Source: a virus
Taxonomy: Duplodnaviria > Caudoviricetes
IMG/VR virus record: IMGVR_UViG_3300022744_000027
Span: 12,806 to 76,805 of that record
Direction: 5' to 3' (one strand)
DNA length: 64,000 nucleotides
Below are positions 14,517 through 24,218 of the stretch, piece after piece (position 1 is the stretch's first letter; every line of letters starts with the position of its first letter). The position numbers and the translations under genes are program-made. The notes beneath the pieces were generated by a model. The model was not told where the DNA came from, ran no database searches, and worked only from the letters and a program-made list of their open reading frames with translations.

Positions 14517-17134
14517 ACCGCAATGAACAACGGGCACCCGGGGTCGGTTTCGCGCACGCGAACACCATTCCGCTCGTTGCATCGCCCGTTATCGAATGAA
14601 ATACAGCGTCCGCACACGTCGCCGGACACCTGCAAAACCTCCTGAATGGCGTTGCTCAACGTCGGCGTGTACCGCTCAAGCACCACCTGCACCGATGTCT
14701 CCTTGGGCTTTTCTGGCTCCGGCAGGATAAACATATTGGTGCCATACGCGCGGGCCCAAGCCACGTCGGCCAGCATATTTGCGTAGCTGGTGTGCGGGTC
14801 GATGCCGACTTTCACCACCCGGCGCTTAAACTTCTTCTCTTCCTCGTCCTTTTCCGCAATCAGCGCTGTGCGCGTGAAGTGGAAGAACGCGTACTCCTTG
14901 CACACAGCGGCCATCCGCCATTTGCCCTTCTCCAGAACCTCCTGCACCAGCCCATCGGGGTCAGGGAACAGGCAGAGCTTTTTCTGGAACCGGCCCATGG
15001 AAACCTGCATGCACTTGTACTGGTCGAGCGTGACGGTGTAGCGGTCCCGCAATTCCTCGTCGGTCCGGCGCTCGCTGGTGTCCAGCTTGGGCGCGTCTCC
15101 CCAGCGCAGCATGTCGCCTTCCATGTTGCCGTATCCGGCCAGGAACACGCGGCCGTCATGGCGGCGGGCAAACGACTTGGCGTTGTCGTAGTTTGGCAGC
15201 GTTTCCACCACGCAGCACTGCACACCATAGGTCGACATCAGCTCGTCGCACCGGTCCCATGGCGAGGCCTCGGGGTCGTCCTTCGTTGGCGCGCGGAAGA
15301 TGTACTCCATGTGCAGCACGGCCTGGCGACCGTCTGGCAGCCGCTCCTTGATGATGGCCACAATAAAGGAGCCCATCTGGTCGAGCCCCATGAAGGTGCC
15401 CCTGCCGTTGCGCCGCCACTGGAGCCCGTACTCCACGCCCACGCGGGCGCACTCGTTGAGCATTTCCAGGTTCACCGGCACCTGTGACGGGTCGGTGTAG
15501 GGCTTGCCCAGCTTACGGTTAAAAAAGTTCTTCATGTCGTCGGCGTTGTGGTACGCCTCGATGATGTCCCGGGGGCTGATTGTGGGCGACAGGAACTGCG
15601 GGAAGTGCACCGAGCGAATCTCGGCATCCGGCGCCTTTGCGATCCACTGGCCGATCTGCGGGTCGTCAATCCACCCTTGGCACGACACGCACCGGTAGCG
15701 GTACTCGCCACGGGCAGCGCCGCCCTCGCGCTGCAGCAGCCGCGGCGCATCGGCGTCGTAGCCGATACACTGGGGGAAGTTCTCGTCCAGCACCTGTAGC
15801 ATCGCGCAGTGCGGGCACTCGGTGTGGAACTGGTGCTGGGTGCCCTTTTTGTACCAGAAGTGAATGTCGGAATCCGGCCAGTTGGCCGTGGAGCCCATGA
15901 GCGTGTACCGCAGCGCCGAGGCCGACATACGCTCGCGGGTTTTCTCCATGTCCGCGATTGCCATCTCCTGCACCTCGTCAAACGAGACGACATCCATGGG
16001 GAAGGATTCGGTCGCGGTCTTGCCGGTGGTCCACAGGAAGTGAAACCGGGACGAACCCAAGTTGCGAATAAGGATGTTGCCCTCGCCGCCACGGCCGCCG
16101 GATGCCTGCTTCTCGGTCATCAGAGCGTACACGTCGGGTACCGTCCGCACGATGGGCATGAAGCGCTCGCTCGACTTGCCAGAGGCCAGCATCTGCGACG
16201 GCATAAACATGCCGATCTTGGCCGGCGAGAACCGCATGGCCAGGTAGATCATGGCCAGCATTTCCATAACGGTGAAGCCCACCTGGGTGCACTTCATGAT
16301 CACGTCGGTGCGGTTGAAGGCGTCCTCAATCGTGGCGGGGATGAGCTCGTAAATGAACCGCATCGCCGGGCGGTCGGACAGCGTGAATGGCCGGCCGTCA
16401 ACCTTGAGCCCTTCGGCTTCCAGCCGCTCGCACCACTGCAGGAACGTCTCGCCGGGCTTGAGTGAGCGCTGCTCTTGGGTGAACTCGACGGCCACATCAA
16501 AGAACTCAGCACCAAACCGCTGGCGCTGCTCCAGCTCGGTACCCAGCGACGCGGCCAGGCGCGCCTCTTCGGGCAGGTGCGGATTGCAGAAGCTGTCGAA
16601 TTGCCACACCGACCAGTCGGGGTCTGTCTGGCCGAGCCGGCACAGCCGGTAGAAGTCGTTGCGCTTGCCGAACGCCCCGGACAGGAACCATGCGTCGCCG
16701 TTGTAGACCTTCAGCATGGGGCGAAGCACGTCCTCCCACAGATTGAGCAGGCCCTCCACGAGCCGGGCGTCGTCCACCACGATCAGTCCGTATTGCTCGA
16801 ACAGCTCTTGGGGCTTTTCCATGCTGTAGAAGTCAATGAACCCGCCGGACACCAGCTCCAGTCGGCGTGCATTTACGCGGCGCTTGATAAGCGGGTCGAT
16901 GGCCCGCATCACCTGGCGGCGGGCCTCAATCATGGCGTCGTCGGTGGGTGAGAACCACGCCACCGGCTTCTTGCTGTTGAGCGCGCCCTTGGGGCTGGCA
17001 AGCAACACCTCGATGCCGAGCGTTGTCTTACCGAACTGCTCACCGGCGGCAACGGCGTTATACCGGCTGGCCCGCGCCAGCGCCTTCTGTTGCGCGGCGT
17101 GGGGGGTTGGGAGGGATATTTTTACTTTAGCCAT
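14513..17134 (-). CDS. Large terminase, lambda GpA-like, with an extra N-terminal terminase-ATPase-like domain
   Basis: GpA-like KCTQVGFT, SFDEV, GST, CPHC/CVSC, GLDQMG; N-terminal PHAAQ...GEQFGKT...LIVVDD. Confidence 0.85.
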   Translation of the reverse strand: MAKVKISLPTPHAAQQKALARASRYNAVAAGEQFGKTTLGIEVLLASPKGALNSKKPVAWFSPTDDAMIEARRQVMRAIDPLIKRRVNARRLELVSGGFIDFYSMEKPQELFEQYGLIVVDDARLVEGLLNLWEDVLRPMLKVYNGDAWFLSGAFGKRNDFYRLCRLGQTDPDWSVWQFDSFCNPHLPEEARLAASLGTELEQRQRFGAEFFDVAVEFTQEQRSLKPGETFLQWCERLEAEGLKVDGRPFTLSDRPAMRFIYELIPATIEDAFNRTDVIMKCTQVGFTVMEMLAMIYLAMRFSPAKIGMFMPSQMLASGKSSERFMPIVRTVPDVYALMTEKQASGGRGGEGNILIRNLGSSRFHFLWTTGKTATESFPMDVVSFDEVQEMAIADMEKTRERMSASALRYTLMGSTANWPDSDIHFWYKKGTQHQFHTECPHCAMLQVLDENFPQCIGYDADAPRLLQREGGAARGEYRYRCVSCQGWIDDPQIGQWIAKAPDAEIRSVHFPQFLSPTISPRDIIEAYHNADDMKNFFNRKLGKPYTDPSQVPVNLEMLNECARVGVEYGLQWRRNGRGTFMGLDQMGSFIVAIIKERLPDGRQAVLHMEYIFRAPTKDDPEASPWDRCDELMSTYGVQCCVVETLPNYDNAKSFARRHDGRVFLAGYGNMEGDMLRWGDAPKLDTSERRTDEELRDRYTVTLDQYKCMQVSMGRFQKKLCLFPDPDGLVQEVLEKGKWRMAAVCKEYAFFHFTRTALIAEKDEEEKKFKRRVVKVGIDPHTSYANMLADVAWARAYGTNMFILPEPEKPKETSVQVVLERYTPTLSNAIQEVLQVSGDVCGRCISFDNGRCNERNGVRVRETDPGCPLFIAV

Positions 17135-17145
17135 GTGCCAATGAT

Positions 17146-17167
17146 AAAGCCCGCGCGAGGCGGGCTG
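17146..17167 (-). terminator. Possible intrinsic terminator
   Basis: AGCCCGC...GCGGGCT hairpin plus short T run. Confidence 0.45.
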
Positions 17168-17186
17168 TTGCGGGGATGCGGAACGG

Positions 17187-17924
17187 TCAGTCGTTCATCA
17201 AGTGGCCGGAGTGGGTCACCCATGCGCGAGACTCCGCGTCGTCGCCTTTGTGGGCGTACTCGTAAGACGCCTCGCCGGTCTTGTTGTTCTTGCCGGACTT
17301 GCCGGTGAACGAGAAAGTCTTGCCTTCATGGTGGACCGTGTGGTCGCCCTTGCCATTGCTAGGAGGCTCGAACCCGCCAACGTGATGCGTGGAGCCATCG
17401 TCCTTCTTGGCGGACAGCTTCTCGCTGGACTTCGCCTGCATCGGCCACTTTTCAGAGCCGACATTTACGGTCTTGGTGGGAGCGGCAGAGCCGGTCTTCT
17501 GGTCGGCCTTTTTCACAGGCAGCGCCAGGCGGGGCTCCGGCTTGGAGGCAGGAGCTGCATCCGTAGGCTTTTCGTCACCCGGCCGCACATGCTTGTAACC
17601 ATTTCTACCCATGCGCTGCGAGTCGGCGCCATTGACCACGACATGGTATCCGTGATCGGGGTGCGACATAACAAAAGCACCACCCTTGGAGGAAGCGGCC
17701 CTATTAGCGAACCTGTGAGCAGCGCCAGACGTCGAGAACGCTGCCACACCTGACCGAGACTTTGCACCAGCGGAGACAGCATGAGCCACGGCCGGGTGCA
17801 CAGGATCGGCAGCCGCTGCAACCCGCTTGTCGTCATGCGCCTGCACCACAACGCCATCTTTGCGTGTGTAGGAATCGACGTGAGACTTCAGCAGATCAGC
17901 GCTGACGATAAGGATTTTTGACAT
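17187..17924 (-). CDS. Basic, His-rich late protein with LLKS-HVxxYTRKDG N-terminus (putative internal head protein)
   Basis: RBS GGAG; own late-type promoter. Confidence 0.75.
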   Translation of the reverse strand: MSKILIVSADLLKSHVDSYTRKDGVVVQAHDDKRVAAAADPVHPAVAHAVSAGAKSRSGVAAFSTSGAAHRFANRAASSKGGAFVMSHPDHGYHVVVNGADSQRMGRNGYKHVRPGDEKPTDAAPASKPEPRLALPVKKADQKTGSAAPTKTVNVGSEKWPMQAKSSEKLSAKKDDGSTHHVGGFEPPSNGKGDHTVHHEGKTFSFTGKSGKNNKTGEASYEYAHKGDDAESRAWVTHSGHLMND

Positions 17925-17945
17925 GGTGGCTCCAGAATTCCCGAC

Positions 17946-17961
17946 AGTATGCGGTCACGAC
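17946..17961 (-). promoter_or_regulatory. Late-type promoter GTCGTGAC-cg-CATACT
   Basis: Same spacing; followed by a short leader with GGAG. Confidence 0.7.
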
Positions 17962-18296
17962 GCGCGCTGCGGGCGACCGGTGTAGGGGGCTGTGGGCTGG
18001 AGGCGGGCGTGGACGTTCCAGAATTGGTTGTAAGCCGAGTGCAGATCGTCATCGCGCACCGAATTTTTGAAGTTTTCGTACTGAATGCCCATGATCTCAG
18101 CAGAGATAACCTCTGCAACACGGGCGCGAGGCAAAACAGCGCGAAACGCGTAGTCGGTATTGGTGGACTTAACCACCTTGCAACCAGGAAACACGGCCTC
18201 CAAGTCGCCGGGGCGACGAGCCCTGACAACTAACTCATTGGGCTTGCACCCCTTGTGCACGGCGCTGAAAAATCCACGGTTGGTACATATCCACAT
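17955..18296 (-). CDS. Conserved hypothetical phage protein (MWICTNRGFFS...)
   Basis: RBS AGGAG; early-type promoter upstream. Confidence 0.7.
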   Translation of the reverse strand: MWICTNRGFFSAVHKGCKPNELVVRARRPGDLEAVFPGCKVVKSTNTDYAFRAVLPRARVAEVISAEIMGIQYENFKNSVRDDDLHSAYNQFWNVHARLQPTAPYTGRPQRAS

Positions 18297-18325
18297 GAGA
18301 ACACTCCTAAAAAATTGGTGATGCA

Positions 18326-18346
18326 ATATTACATCAACAATTTTGC
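18326..18346 (-). promoter_or_regulatory. Early-type promoter/operator GCAAAATTGTTGA-tg-TAATAT
   Basis: Palindrome 2 nt before a -10-like hexamer. Confidence 0.55.
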
Positions 18347-18360
18347 GGTGTGTCGCTCTT

Positions 18361-19176
18361 TCAAAACAATTTTTTACTTCCGGTCCACTTCGCCTGCGGC
18401 TGCGGCTCGGGCTTCTTGGGTGCCGGGCCAGCGCCAACAGCCTCAGCCACCGGGTGATCGGCGTGGCCATTCAAGAGCTCGTACAGGTTACCCTTGGGGC
18501 AGAGGTGCACGGCCTGTGTTTCCCAGCCTGCATCCGTGGGGTCGCCACCCACGCGCACGGCGCGGTACATGCGGGCCTTTGACGTGGTGCGGTCGAAGTC
18601 ACCGATAAATCCGGTGATGCGAACGCGGAGCCCGACTTCCTCGAAGCACTCCTTCAGCGCATTCGCTTGCAGCGAGAGCCCCTTCTCCGCCGTGCCCTTG
18701 GGTAGCGTGGCGTGATACCCACCGAAGGCGTTTGTCGGCGCGCAGAGCCACACGCGGCCGTCCGGTTCTTCCACCACCACTCCAGCGCCAACGGACTTGC
18801 CCTGGGCCACGTGGAACGCGGGCTCTTCGAGGTCGTCATTTATTCCGTCGCAGTAATCCCACCCCTCGGCGGTAGTCGGCGCATCGCGCCAGCGGCGAAA
18901 CGGCACGCCGTTCAACTCGCGGGGCACGTCGCCACCAGGCACGAACGTGGCCACGGCGTCGGGGTTGTCCCAAGTGGACTCGGCCGACGGATGGTGCGGG
19001 GCCTTGACCAGCACGGCCTCGCCCTTTTCGCCCGGCTTCGGATGATGGTGCGGTGGCAGCGGCTCGTGGCCGTTGCGGTCATACGGGCGGACGTAGTGCT
19101 CGCCACGCATGTGCCCCTTGACGTGGGCCTTGGCGAGATCGTCGCCGAACTCCAGTACGGCATCAGTCATTGCCAA
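18361..19176 (-). CDS. NUDIX hydrolase with N-terminal extension
   Basis: Nudix box PKGTAEKGLSLQANALKECFEEVGL. Confidence 0.9.
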   Translation of the reverse strand: MAMTDAVLEFGDDLAKAHVKGHMRGEHYVRPYDRNGHEPLPPHHHPKPGEKGEAVLVKAPHHPSAESTWDNPDAVATFVPGGDVPRELNGVPFRRWRDAPTTAEGWDYCDGINDDLEEPAFHVAQGKSVGAGVVVEEPDGRVWLCAPTNAFGGYHATLPKGTAEKGLSLQANALKECFEEVGLRVRITGFIGDFDRTTSKARMYRAVRVGGDPTDAGWETQAVHLCPKGNLYELLNGHADHPVAEAVGAGPAPKKPEPQPQAKWTGSKKLF

Positions 19177-19663
19177 CCACCCCCGTCAACGCCATAGAAA
19201 TCGACCGCACGGCCGCCACCAAGGTCTGCTCTGTTTCCTCTGCTGGCGCACCAGCGGACGCCTCGCGCAACAGGTCGTAGACCGAATGCACGAACACGGC
19301 GAATGCTTGGGCAACCAGCTGCACATCGTCCTCGTCCGGTACCAGCTCCCGCTCCATGCGATTGCGCAGGTGATCGGCCAGCTGCTTACCCGTCCAGTTG
19401 CGCACGGGCGCATAGGCGGGGTCCGCACCAGTGAACACCCCGGCGAGTTTCAGGCACTGCGCCCGGTCGGCTTCAGCGGCATCGCTTGGCGTGAGCACGC
19501 CGTGCCCCACCTCGTCAAACCGCGTGATTACCTCAGATGCGAAGCCGCGCACGATACGCTCGACCTCCCGAATGTCGCCCAGGAACGGGCGGCCATCGGT
19601 GGCGGCCTTCAGGGACTCAAGAAGGCCGGATGGGTCGGTGTGGCGGTCAAGTTTGTCGGTCAT
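19163..19663 (-). CDS. Hypothetical helical protein between ART and NUDIX genes
   Basis: Tightly packed ORF, 166 aa. Confidence 0.7.
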   Translation of the reverse strand: MTDKLDRHTDPSGLLESLKAATDGRPFLGDIREVERIVRGFASEVITRFDEVGHGVLTPSDAAEADRAQCLKLAGVFTGADPAYAPVRNWTGKQLADHLRNRMERELVPDEDDVQLVAQAFAVFVHSVYDLLREASAGAPAEETEQTLVAAVRSISMALTGVVGND

Positions 19664-19670
19664 TTTTTAT

Positions 19671-22600
19671 TCACTCGGTTGGCAGAATAACAGCTTCGAT
19701 CACGTGGCTTGACGATTTGCCAAACCCGTCCGCATCGCCGTCCTTGCCTTTTACAGACAGGATCATAAGGCGAGTTCCAGGCGGCAGGATCATCTCATCC
19801 TCGCCGGAGTTCGAAGATAAAGCACCACCACCAGCAATCGAGTGGTGCCCGACCCATAAACCCTTCACGCCGGGGCCCACGTGTAGCTTCAGGTGCACGT
19901 TTCCGTGCCACGAAGACGGACGGATCGACGTGGACATGATCGCTGGCTCCTGAAGAATTTTCCCCGAGGACTTCAGCAGCTGATCAAGGTCACTGCCGTG
20001 CAGCGAAATCTTGCGCGACAGGACAGTGCCCGGTGCAATATCATGCCCCAGCGTTTTCAAAGCCTCTCCGGCAGCCTTTGCCGCGCCGCTGGGGTTGCCA
20101 TCCCACAGCGAGCCATTCATGGCTTTATACGAGCTGCCAGTGTAACTCTTGACCGCCTGCTTTTGCGTGGCGGGCATTTTTGCAATCGCGGCTTGGGCCT
20201 GTTTGGCATAGGTCTGAGCAGAAAGCGCGCCCCCACCCTCTGCGTGCTTGATTTTTTCCGGCAGGCCCAAATCCGCCAGATTCACCGCCCCGGGCTCGCC
20301 GAGCACAATAAACTTGCCGAGCTTTTGCGCGACAGAGCTGGAAGCCGGACCAGTAAACGCGGGGTACGCAGCATTCAGCGAGTGCAGCGGGTGGCCACCG
20401 TCAAACCTGAACTTCTTGGGCGGGTTTAGCTGGTAGTTGATCTCGTTGACGGCCTGCTGGGCGTAGCCCTTCACGTGCTGGCTCGGGTGCTCCAGCACAG
20501 GCTTCTCGCCGGTGACATGGCCGGTGTCCTTGTCGTAGACCTTGGCCTTCAGGCCTTTGATGGCGTCCAGGTCGCCCGTCTTGGCGGCGGCGAAAACCGC
20601 CTGCACGGCTTCCTCGTTGGCTTTGTTGAGAAACTCCTTCGAGGACGGACCAGAGCTGCCATTGCCGCCCCAGTTGAGGAAGGACGGCGGCGCGCTAATG
20701 TCTTCGGGCTTGAAGACCGGGGCCTTCTTCTTCTTGACGGCTGCGGGAAACCGCTTCGCTAGGTCGGCTTTGCGGGCAATCAGCGTCTCGGCCAACTTCG
20801 TCTTGGCTGCGGCATCGCCGGGCCCGTACTGGTTGACCATGGCGCGAATGGCCACGTCGCTGATGGCCAGCACCTTTGCCGCGCTGGCGGTCAGGTCGGC
20901 CTTGGTCATGCCCTTGAAGACAGACGCGGCCTGCGGGTTTTTGCCCGCGTCCAGCAGGGTGTCGAGCTCGTCCACCTTGGAGCCAAAAGGCTTCTTCTCG
21001 CCTTGGGCGCGGTATTCGAGCGAGCCACCGGCATCCACGCGGTGGGCCTTGCCGTCGGGGCCAACCTGCAGGTTGTCGTAGCCGAGGCCGACCACGTCCC
21101 AGTTGCCCAGCCATGCGTCGACCGCGAAACCGGCCTGCGCGCCGTCAACCTTGGCAAGCGCGCCAGGAGTGGCGGCCTTTTTGATGTCCACCCACTTTGA
21201 GGCAATCCCGACCTTGCCGCCCTTGGTGACCAGCACAGCGTCCTGGCTGGACAAGCCCGCGAGGGCGTACAGCTTGGCCGCGAGCACTTCGGACTTGGCG
21301 GTGTCGGCGTCGGCAGGGAATTTGCAGTACCACTCCTGCCCGCTTTGGTCTTTGAACTTGCCGCCGGGGTTGGAGCCGCCCTGCCCGCCGGTTTGAGCCC
21401 ATCCGTCCATGGGGAGCATGCCGCCAGCGGAGATGGGGGCGGAGGCAGCTGGGGCCGCGGGAGCTGACGGAGCTGCGGGAGCGGCGGGCTTCGCACCAAC
21501 GCCACCCGTCATGGCGTCGATCAGCGCCTGAGCAACCTTTTTCGATGCGGGCTTTCCCTTCGATTCGTTGTCAATCCACGCCTGCAGGCCAGCAACATCA
21601 CCGGCCACTGCCATCGCTTTGAATTTGTCCTTGTTCCCGGTTGCTGTTTTTGCGGCAACGGAGGCCATGATCTTGATTGCGTGGCCTGGCTTGAGGGCTT
21701 TGGTGGATGGCGCCTGCACGGTGGCTGGGGCTGCAGGCTGGTACGACGGGTCGAGCTTTTGCAGCGCCGCATCTGGCGGGATGGGGTATCCCATCGCCTT
21801 CATCTGGGGGAGAATTTCGGCGAGCGTTTCGCCCGGAATGGTGTCGGGCTCGGAGAACGAGCCATCCGTCACGCCAAATTCAAACCCGTCATCGCCGCCT
21901 CCGGCGAGGTAATAACCTTTCCCGTCTTTCTCAAATTCCAGCGATGGGTTGCCATCTAGGCCGGGATTGGATGCCGAGTGGGCCCACCCACCCATGCCGT
22001 CGTCCTGCTTGACCCAGTGCCCATTTTTGAACACCAGCATGCCGTCGGCGCCAGGCTTGGTGTCGCCTTCCTTGGGGCCCTGCTCCACGGTGGTGGGCGC
22101 GGCCTGGGAAGCCCGCTGAGGCTTCGTCCCAGCCAGCGCGTGCCCTTGCAGCTTGTGCGCTTTCTGCTGGGCTGCCTCCAAAGCGTCATCGTAGTCTTCG
22201 TCCGTTTGATTTTCTGCCGGCATACTCTCGTTCACGGCATCCATGAAGTATTCCATGGCGGCGTCCGGGTCGTGGTCCGTCAGCGCCTCGTAGGCCTCGG
22301 CCTGCGCCTTGGTTGGCACTTTCCCAGCGGAGATTGCGGCCTTCCACTCGCTGACGACGGGGTATGGGTCGGCGGCTGGCGGTGGCGGTACCGCAGACGC
22401 AGCCATCATCGACAAGGCGTGCGAGGCGGCGGTCTTGAGCGCGGGGTTTGCTGCGTTCTTTGCCAGCTGCTGCAGGGTCTCGGTTGAACCCGCTCCAATT
22501 GCATCCTTGAGCAGCTTGGACTCGGCGTCTGACAAGCCGTCCAGTGAGACGCCAGCGCCAGCCGGAGCGGGCTGCACAGGCACAGCAGCCGTCGCGCCCT

Positions 22601-24212
22601 CCACACCCAACCCAGCCAGGGCGGTCTGAGCCGTGAGCGCCTGCTTCTTGGCGTAGGTCTGCTTGGCTCCGGCCTTCGAGTCGATAAAGGCCTGCAGCCC
22701 GGCGGTGTCGCCAGCGAAGGCCATGGCCTCGATTTTTGCCAGCGCGGCGTTGTGGCTCTTGGCGTTGGTGTTTTCGGCGGGCAGCTTCAGCTTGAACCAC
22801 GGGATGGATTGCAGGTTCTGCAGCTGCTGGGCGGAGAGTGCGCCAGGGGTGGTGGCGGCCGGCTTTTGAGCAAGCAACGACGAAATGTAATCTTTGACCG
22901 ACTGCTTTAGCCCAGCCTCTGGCGACATCCACTCCTCAAGCTCCGACCACTCACCCTTGGAGGCGAGCTTGTCAAACATGGCCTTAGAGCTGGGCGTCAT
23001 CACGAACGCGCCGCCCTGCGTTTTCCAGTGGCCGTCCTTGAGTACCATCGTGGAGCCGTTTGCCCCGGGTTTTGTGTCGCCCTCTTTCGGACCGGTGTCA
23101 GTCACCTGCACACCCATGGCGCCTGCCACAGCGGCCATGGCAGCGGCAGCGCCGTGCCAGCCTTTGTCGAGCGCCTGCTTATGCGCGACCTTGATGCCGT
23201 CGGCGTCGCCATTCATGGCGGAGTCGTGAGCCAGCTTTCCGGTTGGGGTAGACAGCGAAAAGCCCATCGCTCCATCACCGGGCAGGTCGGTGTGCGCGGC
23301 CTTTATTTCCTCGGGGGTCAGCTTTTTAACAGCCGACTCCACAAACGGCTTGGCCGTGCCTTTTTCGATAGCGGTATGCAGCGAGGACTTGGGGATTGCG
23401 ACGGTATTCTTCTGGCCGGGCACCTTGGCGCCCAGCTTATTCAGGTAATACTGGTCCTCGTTTTGGTTGTAGACCACCCACTTGCCGGCGTTCATCTTCT
23501 CGTACTGGCTGGAGAACTCGAAGACGGTGCCGGTCGAAACATTTGCCTGCTTCTCAGCCAGAACCTTCTGCGCGTAGGCCACGATGTGCGGGTTGTGCGC
23601 GTTGTTGGCGATCACAGCCTCAAGCAAGTCATGCGACCCGGCGTCAATCGTGGCCTTGGTCTTGGGAGGGATTGGCGCAGAGGCGGCGGGCTCGGCTGGC
23701 TCCGCAGCCTTCGGTGCCAGGTGCTCAGGCAGTCCAGTCGGATGCGGGTCGGCGGGCTCGGCCACCTGGGCGGCGGCGTGGGTACCGGGTTTCTGGCCCG
23801 GGGTGACGGTGTGCGCAGAGCCGTGAAGACCAAGCAAGTGGTTGGCAATCTTCGCCAACTTCTGCCCATAGGTATTCGACCCAAACGACGCACCAACGAT
23901 GGCCGTCACATCACCAGCGTCAGACCACGCGCGCAGCTTTTCCAGCGCCTTATTGAAAACGGGCGCGTTCACATTCGAGTCCGGCAGCTTCAGCGCGGAC
24001 CATTGGTCGTCGGTAAAGTGCGCGGCGGCCTCGTGGTGCCCGGCAGACTTGGGATGCGCGGCGACCGGCGCGCCCTTGGGGGCTGGTGCGTCGTGGGTGA
24101 TCTTCCGCCACCGGGGAGGGTTGCCGTAAAGAGCGTACCCACCCTTATGGGCAATCGAGGTGCCGGTGCCGGGTCCGGATTTCAGCAGCAGGATGAGACG
24201 CGGTGTGTTCAT
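19671..24212 (-). CDS. 1513-aa multidomain protein: repeats + HipA/PI3K-like kinase + C-terminal VIP2/Alt-type ADP-ribosyltransferase
   Basis: Kinase: GGQGGSNPGG, WYCK, EVLAAKLY, DAWLGNWD...DN, VDAG. ART: YTGSSYKAMNGSL, LSRK, MSTS, EDEMILP (R-STS-ExE). Confidence 0.8.
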   Translation of the reverse strand: MNTPRLILLLKSGPGTGTSIAHKGGYALYGNPPRWRKITHDAPAPKGAPVAAHPKSAGHHEAAAHFTDDQWSALKLPDSNVNAPVFNKALEKLRAWSDAGDVTAIVGASFGSNTYGQKLAKIANHLLGLHGSAHTVTPGQKPGTHAAAQVAEPADPHPTGLPEHLAPKAAEPAEPAASAPIPPKTKATIDAGSHDLLEAVIANNAHNPHIVAYAQKVLAEKQANVSTGTVFEFSSQYEKMNAGKWVVYNQNEDQYYLNKLGAKVPGQKNTVAIPKSSLHTAIEKGTAKPFVESAVKKLTPEEIKAAHTDLPGDGAMGFSLSTPTGKLAHDSAMNGDADGIKVAHKQALDKGWHGAAAAMAAVAGAMGVQVTDTGPKEGDTKPGANGSTMVLKDGHWKTQGGAFVMTPSSKAMFDKLASKGEWSELEEWMSPEAGLKQSVKDYISSLLAQKPAATTPGALSAQQLQNLQSIPWFKLKLPAENTNAKSHNAALAKIEAMAFAGDTAGLQAFIDSKAGAKQTYAKKQALTAQTALAGLGVEGATAAVPVQPAPAGAGVSLDGLSDAESKLLKDAIGAGSTETLQQLAKNAANPALKTAASHALSMMAASAVPPPPAADPYPVVSEWKAAISAGKVPTKAQAEAYEALTDHDPDAAMEYFMDAVNESMPAENQTDEDYDDALEAAQQKAHKLQGHALAGTKPQRASQAAPTTVEQGPKEGDTKPGADGMLVFKNGHWVKQDDGMGGWAHSASNPGLDGNPSLEFEKDGKGYYLAGGGDDGFEFGVTDGSFSEPDTIPGETLAEILPQMKAMGYPIPPDAALQKLDPSYQPAAPATVQAPSTKALKPGHAIKIMASVAAKTATGNKDKFKAMAVAGDVAGLQAWIDNESKGKPASKKVAQALIDAMTGGVGAKPAAPAAPSAPAAPAASAPISAGGMLPMDGWAQTGGQGGSNPGGKFKDQSGQEWYCKFPADADTAKSEVLAAKLYALAGLSSQDAVLVTKGGKVGIASKWVDIKKAATPGALAKVDGAQAGFAVDAWLGNWDVVGLGYDNLQVGPDGKAHRVDAGGSLEYRAQGEKKPFGSKVDELDTLLDAGKNPQAASVFKGMTKADLTASAAKVLAISDVAIRAMVNQYGPGDAAAKTKLAETLIARKADLAKRFPAAVKKKKAPVFKPEDISAPPSFLNWGGNGSSGPSSKEFLNKANEEAVQAVFAAAKTGDLDAIKGLKAKVYDKDTGHVTGEKPVLEHPSQHVKGYAQQAVNEINYQLNPPKKFRFDGGHPLHSLNAAYPAFTGPASSSVAQKLGKFIVLGEPGAVNLADLGLPEKIKHAEGGGALSAQTYAKQAQAAIAKMPATQKQAVKSYTGSSYKAMNGSLWDGNPSGAAKAAGEALKTLGHDIAPGTVLSRKISLHGSDLDQLLKSSGKILQEPAIMSTSIRPSSWHGNVHLKLHVGPGVKGLWVGHHSIAGGGALSSNSGEDEMILPPGTRLMILSVKGKDGDADGFGKSSSHVIEAVILPTE

Positions 24213-24218
24213 CCGCGC

